Assembly: GCA_965208105.1 (NCBI GenBank)
Contig: OZ242318.1
Location: 271,189 to 335,188, forward strand
Source: Candidatus Latescibacterota bacterium
GTDB taxonomy: Bacteria > Latescibacterota > UBA2968 > UBA8231
Direction: 5' to 3'
DNA length: 64,000 bases
Shown here: in pieces, positions 17,375 through 25,414 of the stretch
Numbering within the stretch: position 1 is the first letter of the stretch
Layout of the letters: every line of letters begins with the position of its first letter
Notes under the pieces: model-generated
Seen by the model: the letters and a program-made list of their open reading frames with translations, nothing else
Told to the model about the DNA's origin: nothing
Databases searched by the model: none
Program-made: the position numbers and the translations under genes

Positions 17375-17564
17375 AGTCGCTGAGGAAAAAACAGCGCATA
17401 CCAGGTCCGCGTCCGGCTTCAGGCTTGCTCCCTTCGCGCAAATGCTACGCGGTTCGGGCACGGGGGAAACGTTAAGCGCTCGTTCGGATTAGTCTACCAG
17501 ACGAGATGTAATCGAGGCAGTACGGATCGAAAGCCCGTGGCTTGGTCCGCGAGCAATGGTAAGG

Positions 17565-17945
17565 TTAGACACTTCCTATTACACGTCCCTGCCCGGCTTC
17601 GGTCGGATATCCATCCCTCTTCCACCAGTCCAGACCTCCCATCAGCTCCTTAACCCGAAATCCTAACCGGGCCATATTCAACGCCCCCTTGGTCGATGCA
17701 TTGCAGCCGATGCCGTCGCAGTAGGTGACGTAAAGCGCCTCTCGGTCCAAATGGGCGGTCGCTTCTTCGCTCATGGTGCGGTGGGGGATATTGACCGCAC
17801 CGGGTATATGCTCCTGCGCAAATGCTTCGGGAGACCTCGCATCGATTACCACCACGTTTTCCCCTTTCTCGATGGCTTCGTTGAGATCCCACGAGTCCGT
17901 TTCATAGCTCAGTTTATCCTGGTAGTGTCGGGTTTGCTCGTTCAT
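17565..17945 (-). CDS. Rhodanese-like domain protein
   Basis: 126 aa. VVIDARSPEAFAQEHIPGAVNIP...LYVTYCDGIGCNASTKGA...GGLDWWKRDGYP; the active-site Cys loop is present. Confidence 0.8.
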   Translation of the reverse strand: MNEQTRHYQDKLSYETDSWDLNEAIEKGENVVVIDARSPEAFAQEHIPGAVNIPHRTMSEEATAHLDREALYVTYCDGIGCNASTKGALNMARLGFRVKELMGGLDWWKRDGYPTEAGQGRVIGSV

Positions 17946-18073
17946 TCTTTTTCCTCTGTTGTCTAGTAAACTTCATTGGATATGATTTTGGCCTGACCGG
18001 TGCCGTGAAGGAAAATATCGTTCAGGCGGATTCTGTCGACTCGCCGCCTTCAGCCGAGAGCCATCTGCAGACC

Positions 18074-19633
18074 TCACCCGCCCGGATGCGCCCAGTCCGG
18101 CAGCACTCCCGGTTCGATCCCGAAGAGCAGCGGGCCCATGGCGCGGAAGACCAGGGTGATCACCACCGCGCCCACAATGTTGAGGACGATGCCGACCCGC
18201 GCCATCTCCGAGATTTTGACGCGGTCGCTGCCGAATACCACCGCGTTGGGGGGCGTGGCCACCGGCATCATGAAGGCGCAGGAGGCCGACAGGGTGGCCG
18301 GGATCATCAGCAGCAGGGGGTGAACCCCGGTGGACACGGCGACGGCGGCGAAGATGGGCAGCACCATCTCGGTGGTTGCCGTGTTCGAGGTGAGTTCGGT
18401 GAGAAAGGTGATCGCCAGGCAGATGAGGAGGACGAGGAGGACGGGCGGCACCGCGCCCAGCCCGTCGAACCCTTCGCCGATGAAGCGGGCAAGTCCCGTG
18501 GTCCGGAATCCGTGGGCCAGGGCGAATCCTCCACCGAAGAGCAGCACGATGTTCCACGGCAGCCGGCGCACCACGTCGGGCCCCATCACCGTCCTGGATT
18601 GGGCGCCTGGAGACCGGGCGGGAATCAGGAAGAGGATGGCGGCCATGGCGATGGCCACGGTTCCGTCGTCGATCAGGTGGCCGAAGGGAAGGAGGGTGGA
18701 CCAGCCGGGGATGGTGAGTCCGCCGATGGCGATGGGCGCGCGAAAGACCCAGAGCACCGCGGTCAGGCCGAAAACCGCGAGGACCGCTTTTTCCTCGAAG
18801 CCGATGGCGCCGAGCTTGCGCATCTCCGACTCCACCACGCTCCGGTCGACGGCGACCCCGCTGGATATGCGGAAGAAGACCTGGGTGATCAGGGCCCAGG
18901 CGCAGGCGAGCAGCAGAGCCGAGATGGGAGCGGCCATGACGAACCAAACCCCGAAGGACAGGGGCGGCGCTTCGGGGAAGGTGATCTGGAAGATGCGCTC
19001 CAGGGAGAGGTTGGGCGGAGTGCCCACCAGGGTGGCGATGCCCCCGGCCGAGCAGGCGTAGGCGATCCCCAGCATGACGGCCACCGAGAACGGCCGGGTG
19101 TGCTCTCTGCCGAACTGCTCCTCCATCCTCAAAATCACCGCCAGGCCCACCGGAATCATCATGATCGCAGTGGCGGTGTTGGAGATCCACATGGAGAGCA
19201 GGGCGGAGGCGAGCATGAACCCCAGCACGATGCGCGCCGGCCCCCCGCCCACGGCGCGGATGACCCAGAGGGCGATGCGGCGGTGGACGTTCCACTTCTC
19301 CATGGTCAGGGCGATCATGAAGCCGCCCAGGAAGAGGACGATGGTGCTGTTGAAATAGATGGGAGCGGTGGACCCGGTGCGCTCGATGCCCAGCAGCGGA
19401 AAGAGGAACAGGGGGAGCAGGGCGGTGGCGAAGAGGGGAATGGCGTCGGTGATCCACCAGGCGGCCATGAGCACGGCAAGGGCCGCCATGCGGGTGACCT
19501 CCGGCCTGCCCGGCTCCAGGTCGAGAATCAGGGTAAGCGCGAACAGGATGGGTCCGAGCCACAGGCCGATGCGCTGGCCCCGCGACCGGGGCTCCGCGGA
19601 AGTCGGCGGTGGATGATTGGGTGTAGTGGTCAT
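18074..19633 (-). CDS. SLC13/DASS family anion:sodium symporter
   Basis: 519 aa, polytopic. Duplicated SNTATA / SNTATT hairpin motifs (WISNTATAIMMIPV, LTSNTATTEMVLPI) are typical of DASS transporters. Confidence 0.85.
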   Translation of the reverse strand: MTTTPNHPPPTSAEPRSRGQRIGLWLGPILFALTLILDLEPGRPEVTRMAALAVLMAAWWITDAIPLFATALLPLFLFPLLGIERTGSTAPIYFNSTIVLFLGGFMIALTMEKWNVHRRIALWVIRAVGGGPARIVLGFMLASALLSMWISNTATAIMMIPVGLAVILRMEEQFGREHTRPFSVAVMLGIAYACSAGGIATLVGTPPNLSLERIFQITFPEAPPLSFGVWFVMAAPISALLLACAWALITQVFFRISSGVAVDRSVVESEMRKLGAIGFEEKAVLAVFGLTAVLWVFRAPIAIGGLTIPGWSTLLPFGHLIDDGTVAIAMAAILFLIPARSPGAQSRTVMGPDVVRRLPWNIVLLFGGGFALAHGFRTTGLARFIGEGFDGLGAVPPVLLVLLICLAITFLTELTSNTATTEMVLPIFAAVAVSTGVHPLLLMIPATLSASCAFMMPVATPPNAVVFGSDRVKISEMARVGIVLNIVGAVVITLVFRAMGPLLFGIEPGVLPDWAHPGG

Positions 19634-19708
19634 TGGGTTTGTCGACTTCTCTCTGGACTGAAATTACGGCCTAGGCCACCCCACGATCTTCCAGGAAAAG
19701 AAGAGGAC

Positions 19709-20734
19709 TCATCGGACCAGGTGTCCGAAGCGGTTCCAACGGACGGAAAATCCATCCTGGACCGAAAGATACACGATCCCCGCCTTGGCGCGCAGGGAGG
19801 AGCGTGGAACCGGACCGTGAGTGCGGCTGTCGGAACTGCTGTCCCGGTTATCGCCTAGAAGGAAATAGTGGCCCCGTGGGACTTCGATCGGGTCCGCAAT
19901 GTCCATCCAGGCATGTCGAGGCCCTCGGTAGACGCCCGGATCACCTGGCAAAGGCTTCCCGTCGATGTATAGGACGGTGTCGCGCAAGGAGATCTGTTCC
20001 TCCGGCAGCGCCATGATCCGCTGCGCCAGCATCTTCCCCGGTTCCTTCGGGTGTTCGTAAACGACAATGTCTCCTCGGCTCGGCTCGAAGGTACGGGCCC
20101 ATCGCCTATCGGTTGTGATGTTGTCACCTTTCAGCAGGGCAGGCTCCATGGAAGTGGACGGAATTTTGAAACTCTCGATGTGGTTCTTGATCTGATGGTG
20201 CATTTTTTCGATGACCACGAACTCGAACCAGGCCGTGAATGCCAGGACGGCCAGGGCGATGGGCAACTCGAATCGCAACTGAGGTCTGATACGAGTGGCG
20301 CAGGTTCCGCTGATCAGGTCGTGAAGGCCTCGCTTTCCTTGCGTGAACGGGATTAGAAGAAATGATATCCCAAGTACCAAAAAGTCGGCGAGGGTGCGAA
20401 GCAGACTTCGGCCAAAGGAAACAGGCCGCAGCTTCCGGTCCACCACGGCCAGACCGAAAAGGCTCTTACCCGGCGACTGCCGGCCTTGAGCATTGAGATA
20501 CGCCAGACCTGAGATGTTGGCGGCCAAGCTCCCCGGGAACCACACAAACAGGAAAAGCTGCAGAAGCGCTTCCGTGCTCAACCTCGCGCCGAGGTGAAGG
20601 AACAGTAGCAGGAGAGCGGAAGTTGTGAAGGTCAATCCCAACGAGTCGACCAGGGCACTGGCGAGGCGAACCCAGAAACCTGGAGGATTTTCTGGCACCA
20701 TAACCTGATCCTGGCCACACCCACGTACGATCAT
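19709..20734 (-). CDS. Fusion protein: N-terminal RDD-family membrane domain plus C-terminal signal-peptidase-I-like (S26) domain with a divergent box D
   Basis: 341 aa. RDD: PPGFWVRLASALVDSL...GRQSPGKSLFGLAVVDRKLRPVSFGRSLLRTLADFL...KRGLHDLISGT. S26: IPSTSMEPALLKGD (box B Ser), RGDIVVYEHP (box C), GDNRDSSSDSR (box E). Box D reads LAQRIMALPEE instead of xxKRxxGxPGD. Start ATG 20734 lies 8 nt after the hsdM stop (alternative start ATG 20701). Confidence 0.7.
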   Translation of the reverse strand: MIVRGCGQDQVMVPENPPGFWVRLASALVDSLGLTFTTSALLLLFLHLGARLSTEALLQLFLFVWFPGSLAANISGLAYLNAQGRQSPGKSLFGLAVVDRKLRPVSFGRSLLRTLADFLVLGISFLLIPFTQGKRGLHDLISGTCATRIRPQLRFELPIALAVLAFTAWFEFVVIEKMHHQIKNHIESFKIPSTSMEPALLKGDNITTDRRWARTFEPSRGDIVVYEHPKEPGKMLAQRIMALPEEQISLRDTVLYIDGKPLPGDPGVYRGPRHAWMDIADPIEVPRGHYFLLGDNRDSSSDSRTHGPVPRSSLRAKAGIVYLSVQDGFSVRWNRFGHLVR

Positions 20735-20742
20735 AAGGCGTA

Positions 20743-22230
20743 TTACTGTGTGCTCAGGTCGGCGAGTACCTCGCGGAAGCTGTTGAGACCTGCCTCCAGG
20801 TTCTCGATGATCTCTTCGGCGAGCTCGTCGGGCTCAGGAAGGTTGTCCAGGTCTGTCAGGCTTTCGTCCTTGAGCCAGAAGATGTCGAGACTGGTCTTGT
20901 CGCGTGCGCTGATCTCCTCGTAGCTGTAGCTGCGCCAACGGTCTTCCGGTGCGTCGTTTTCGTCCCAAGTCGCCTTGCGCTGATGCCGGTTCTGCGGGTT
21001 ATAGCAGTTGATGAAGTCCGACAGGTTCTCGAAGCGCATCGGGTTCTTCTTCAGCGTATGGTGAATATTAGTGCGGTAGTCGTAGTACCAGACCTGCTTC
21101 GTCCAGGGGTTCGGGCTGGCTTCGTGGTTGTCGAAGAAGATCACATTGGCCTTGACCCCTTGCGCGTAGAACACGCCGGTCGGCAAGCGCAGGATGGTGT
21201 GCAGGTCGGTGTTGTCCAGCAGCTTTTTGCGGATTGTCTCACCGGCACCACCTTCGAACAGCACGTTGTCGGGAACGACGACGGCAGCGCGGCCAGTGGT
21301 TTTGAGCATCGTGTGGATGTGCTGCACGAAATTGAGTTGTTTGTTCGAGGTCGTCGCCCAGAAGTCCTGCCGGTTGTAGGTGAGGTCGTCTTTCTCCTGT
21401 TCGCCCTCCTCGTTCGTGAAGCTCATTGAGCTTTTCTTGCCGAAAGGCGGATTTGCGAGCACATAATCAAAGCGCTCGCCGGCATCGGCCACGAGCGAAT
21501 CGTTTGGCGATATGGATACGCCGCCGTCGATCTCGCCAATGTTGTGCAGGAACATGTTCATCAGGCACAGACGGCGTGTATTGGCGACGATCTCGTTGCC
21601 GTGAAACGCCTCGTGCTTCAGGAACGCCTTCTGATTTCTGTCCAGGTTGAAGTTGTGCGGGTTGGTGATGAAGTCGTAGGCGGCGAGAAAGAAACCGCCT
21701 GTACCGCAGGCCGGGTCGGCGATGAGCGTGCCCGGTTCGGGGCGGACGCATTCGACCATAGCGCGGATGAGGGCGCGCGGAGTGAAATACTGGCCTGCGC
21801 CTGACTTGGTATCTTCGGCGTTCTTTTCAAGAAGTCCTTCGTAAATATCTCCTTTTACATCGGCACCCATGGTCACCCATTCGGTGTCGTCTACCATGTT
21901 GATGAGGCGGAACAGCCTTGCCGGGTCCTGGATCTTGTTCTGGGCCTTGGTAAAGATCTGGCCTAACATGTCCGTCTTAGTGCCATGCTCGCGAAGCAAG
22001 GTGACGTAGTGGTTTTCGAGCTCCGCACCGTTCTTTGATTTCAGGCTCTGCCAGTTGAATTCGGCTGGGATGCCGACATCGCGGTTGTACGGCGGTTTGG
22101 CGTATTCATCGGCCATCTTGAGGAAGATCAAATAGGTGAGTTGCTCCAGGTAGTCGCCATAGCTCACCCCGTCATCTCGCAGGGTGGTGCAGAAGCTCCA
22201 GACTTTGGAGACGATGGGAGCGGTGTTCAT
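20743..22230 (-). CDS. hsdM: Type I restriction-modification system DNA methyltransferase subunit M
   Basis: 495 aa. N-terminal HsdM_N (VWSFCTTLRDDGVSYGDYLEQLTYLIFLKMADE), motif I DPACGTGGF, motif IV LANPPFG. Confidence 0.95.
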   Translation of the reverse strand: MNTAPIVSKVWSFCTTLRDDGVSYGDYLEQLTYLIFLKMADEYAKPPYNRDVGIPAEFNWQSLKSKNGAELENHYVTLLREHGTKTDMLGQIFTKAQNKIQDPARLFRLINMVDDTEWVTMGADVKGDIYEGLLEKNAEDTKSGAGQYFTPRALIRAMVECVRPEPGTLIADPACGTGGFFLAAYDFITNPHNFNLDRNQKAFLKHEAFHGNEIVANTRRLCLMNMFLHNIGEIDGGVSISPNDSLVADAGERFDYVLANPPFGKKSSMSFTNEEGEQEKDDLTYNRQDFWATTSNKQLNFVQHIHTMLKTTGRAAVVVPDNVLFEGGAGETIRKKLLDNTDLHTILRLPTGVFYAQGVKANVIFFDNHEASPNPWTKQVWYYDYRTNIHHTLKKNPMRFENLSDFINCYNPQNRHQRKATWDENDAPEDRWRSYSYEEISARDKTSLDIFWLKDESLTDLDNLPEPDELAEEIIENLEAGLNSFREVLADLSTQ

Positions 22231-23834
22231 GTGGGGGCATCTCTTGTCTTGAGTCGCACAGCCAAAGCCTCGCCGCCGGCAGTTCGGCGATAGCGCTGGT
22301 GGCGACTTTGTGGTTTGTCAGGGAGGGTCATTTCGATCAGACCAGCCTTGAGGGCGGGGCCAAGGTATGCTTCCACGAAGTGAGGCCGGTTACTTATGCC
22401 CAGGATGTCCTGTAGCTGAGGACGGTTCATTTCCCCCGTGAGGATTGAGATCAGGCGTTCAACATGTTCTGTGACATGTATGGTCTCATGTACGGTATCT
22501 TGTTGGGTGTCCTGACTTTTCTCCTTATTTTCCAATGACTTATCTTGTTCGGTCTCATGTTCGGTCGCGGCAAGAAAAGCCCGTTCATGTACTGGCAATC
22601 GCACCAGAAACCAAGTTCGGTTCTCATCGCTTTCGAAGATGGGTTCCGGTGAGCCGTTCTGCAGCATGGCCCGGAAGATCTTCGGCACCCCGGTTGAGCG
22701 CGCCTCGGCGAGGTCGAGTTCTTTCAGAAACTCGCCAATTCGCCGGTTCCGGTAGCGCCTGCTCACGGCCTGCCCCTTCTTGAAGTCATCCATACGGATG
22801 GAGCGGTCCGCACCGGGATAACTCAAGACCAGCAACTCTTCGCGGGTGATCCGAACTTCAACCGGCTCCCGCTCCTCGTATGAGCGATGGTAGATGGCGT
22901 TTACCAAGACCTCTTCGATAGCGCCGATGGGGAAATTCCAGAATCGCTCGGCCTCCGGCATGTGGGGATACTTGACGACGGTCTCCTTCAGGTAGTTCCG
23001 CTCAATGTAACTGATGGCCTCGCCGAGAATGATGGACAACGGCCCGCGGAACTCCTTCTCCTCGAACTGATCGCCGCCCGGCCCATCGGGAAACCACACA
23101 ACATCGATCTGGGTGGCCGGAAAAAACCTGTCTGGCCGCTCGTTGAAGAACAGCAGACCGACGTTCTTCGGGAACATCGCCTCGGGCGGGCCGCCGACGA
23201 TGTTCAGGCGCTTGCCCAAGTCCTCGACGGACAGGCCCTCTGCTTCCGATGCCAGTTCGCTGCCGATTTCCACGAGAAACTCACGGATCAGCCGGTGGGA
23301 CAGGTCATCAAGCGAAGCAGTCTGGCGATAGCGGTCGTCAAAAGGTACTGTGGCCGCCAGGCTGAGCAGCTCACGCTCGTCCTGACCCTTGGCGCGAACC
23401 GTGCTGCTGTGTCTGCGAATGAAGTAGGCCCAATCGTTGCGCTCCGCACTCAGACTCACTTTGGCTTTGTAGGGACGGGTTTCGCCGCCGGGCACCCAGA
23501 GGACGAGGATGGTCCGGCCATCGACGTTGTAGGCAGCGGTGAGGGGATGGTAATGCGGCTGTATGGCGGCATGCCCCAGATTGAGCAGTTCCTTCTGTAT
23601 CGCATCGACAGCATCGGGTCTGATGCCCTTGGGCGGCAAAATTGGGCGGCCATTTTGTTCCTGGACGCCTAAGACCACGTAACCGCCGCCTAGATTGTGG
23701 AAGTCGTTGGCGAAGGCGCAGATGGTGTGCAGCACGCTCTGCGGATTCCAGCCAGCCTTGTACTCGATGCGTTCTCCTTCGATGGGGCGCTGGCGCAGCA
23801 GGTGGTCGATGTTGATGGGAAGTTTGCCGGTCAT
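22227..23834 (-). CDS. AlbA_2 (Schlafen-like 'divergent AAA') plus HATPase_c_4 plus C-terminal wHTH protein embedded in the R-M operon
   Basis: 535 aa. EGERIEYKAGWNPQSVLHTICAFANDFHNLGGGYVVLGVQE (AlbA_2 signature) and EEVLVNAIYHRSYEEREPVEVRITREELLVLSYPG (HATPase_c_4 signature). ATGA overlaps with hsdS (23831-23834) and hsdM (22227-22230). Confidence 0.8.
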   Translation of the reverse strand: MTGKLPINIDHLLRQRPIEGERIEYKAGWNPQSVLHTICAFANDFHNLGGGYVVLGVQEQNGRPILPPKGIRPDAVDAIQKELLNLGHAAIQPHYHPLTAAYNVDGRTILVLWVPGGETRPYKAKVSLSAERNDWAYFIRRHSSTVRAKGQDERELLSLAATVPFDDRYRQTASLDDLSHRLIREFLVEIGSELASEAEGLSVEDLGKRLNIVGGPPEAMFPKNVGLLFFNERPDRFFPATQIDVVWFPDGPGGDQFEEKEFRGPLSIILGEAISYIERNYLKETVVKYPHMPEAERFWNFPIGAIEEVLVNAIYHRSYEEREPVEVRITREELLVLSYPGADRSIRMDDFKKGQAVSRRYRNRRIGEFLKELDLAEARSTGVPKIFRAMLQNGSPEPIFESDENRTWFLVRLPVHERAFLAATEHETEQDKSLENKEKSQDTQQDTVHETIHVTEHVERLISILTGEMNRPQLQDILGISNRPHFVEAYLGPALKAGLIEMTLPDKPQSRHQRYRRTAGGEALAVRLKTRDAPT

Positions 23835-25414
23835 GCTGTTGCTGTCGTGCGTCTGCGTTTTGCCCGCGTGTTGCTTTGAGACCGTGCAGCTTTTTCGGCT
23901 TTGATACGGTCAAGGAGGCTGGATGCAGGCTCGTCATCCGGGTCTTGCGGGACGAGCTTGCCGGAGAAGGCTTTTTTGAGGATGGATTGGCGGAGTGTCT
24001 CCGCCTGATTCAAGGCCGAATCGATCTCTCGCTCCTGCTGCTCGATCACCGCGAATCGCTCCTCCAACAGTCGGACAATTTCTTGCTGTTCGGCCAGAGA
24101 ACAGAGTGGGAGCGCGATCTGAGCGAACTTGAATGCACCTAAGTGGTTGATTCCCACGCCGCCTGCAACTTGAGCAAATTTCCCGCTCACATAGAAGAAG
24201 CGATACAACCAAAACAGATAAACCGCATAGTCACGACAATATGGTTGATGTCTGATAACGGTGTTTTGAAAGCAGCAATTCGGGATCTGATCGTCCCAAA
24301 TCGCTGGCTTTCCGACTTGCGCTGCGCTGCCGGATGCTTCGGACAGAACCAAATCACCCTTTTCCAGACGGTATGCGTTTAGGTCGTGAGGAAGGAAGTC
24401 CATGTCGAGAACGTCGTCCAAATCCAAACCCTGTTCCGTAATGTTCGCAGCTCGGATGTACTTCGTGGGATAATCCTTAGACCTGTTCTTTGGAGAACGT
24501 TGTCGACCGAGTTGGACGATTCCTATAGACTCGGCGGTCAACCATAGCCAACCACTCGGCAGTGATTCTAGGTGAGCGATCTCGTCTTCTGCTATCGTTG
24601 AGACTGGCTTGGGCATTCTTGACCGTGCCGGCCCCTTGCCTGACCTACCGCTTTCCTCCCATTCCTTGACGGTGGCCTTCCACTCCTGAAGTTGCTGTCT
24701 GTAACGCGCTTCCCGCTCTTGCTTGATGCGAGCAAGTAATTGTCCGGGCGTCTCAAGCTTGTCTTTGTTCTCTTCGCGCCACTGGTCCGTGAGTTTGCCT
24801 TCGAAGGCGTGCTTGAGTACGGCTTGGCGATAGACGTTGAGCTGCGCGCGTGCGGTCTTCAGGCTCTCGACACCTTTGTCCAGTTCGGAAAACAGTTCCT
24901 CGATCTTGGCGGCGATGCGCCGCTGTTCGGCTATGGGAGCAAGAGGTATCGGAAGGTCGCCGAAGGCTCTACCAGATAGCTCCAAAAACGTCGTACCACT
25001 CGCACGTTTGCGCGCGTAGTCTCGTGAGGCCATCAAGTAGTAGTAGACATACTCATTGAAAATACCAGATGCAGGAATGAGGCTCTTGAAACCCTGGTTT
25101 GTGGCTAGCGGCTCCGAGCTGATGACGACGTAGCCGATTGGTGCGCGCGTGGAGAAGTGTACGCTACCGGCTGGCATCACCTTCGCCGAGCTATTCGAGA
25201 GGCCAATCTTGGAAATGCTCTTTGTCCCCCTCTTGATGGTCTTTGCCGAGAACCCCGTCAAGTCGGCTGGTGAAATCCAATTGATCTCATTTTTCCAATA
25301 TGTCGGTTCTTTGGTTGACGGGGTTCCACCTGCGACGATGTCGCCGAGTGCTGATAGCTTGGTCCACACCCAGCTATTAGGTAGTGCCCATCGCGATTCT
25401 GGCTCACGACTCAC
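23831..25414 (-). CDS. hsdS: Type I restriction-modification system specificity subunit S (two TRDs)
   Basis: 527 aa. LPNSWVWTKLSALGDIVAGGTP... and LPSGWLWLTAESIG... start two target-recognition domains. Conserved helices are PLAPIAEQRRIAAKIEELFSELD and PLCSLAEQQEIVRLLEERFAVIE. Confidence 0.9.
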   Translation of the reverse strand: MSREPESRWALPNSWVWTKLSALGDIVAGGTPSTKEPTYWKNEINWISPADLTGFSAKTIKRGTKSISKIGLSNSSAKVMPAGSVHFSTRAPIGYVVISSEPLATNQGFKSLIPASGIFNEYVYYYLMASRDYARKRASGTTFLELSGRAFGDLPIPLAPIAEQRRIAAKIEELFSELDKGVESLKTARAQLNVYRQAVLKHAFEGKLTDQWREENKDKLETPGQLLARIKQEREARYRQQLQEWKATVKEWEESGRSGKGPARSRMPKPVSTIAEDEIAHLESLPSGWLWLTAESIGIVQLGRQRSPKNRSKDYPTKYIRAANITEQGLDLDDVLDMDFLPHDLNAYRLEKGDLVLSEASGSAAQVGKPAIWDDQIPNCCFQNTVIRHQPYCRDYAVYLFWLYRFFYVSGKFAQVAGGVGINHLGAFKFAQIALPLCSLAEQQEIVRLLEERFAVIEQQEREIDSALNQAETLRQSILKKAFSGKLVPQDPDDEPASSLLDRIKAEKAARSQSNTRAKRRRTTATA

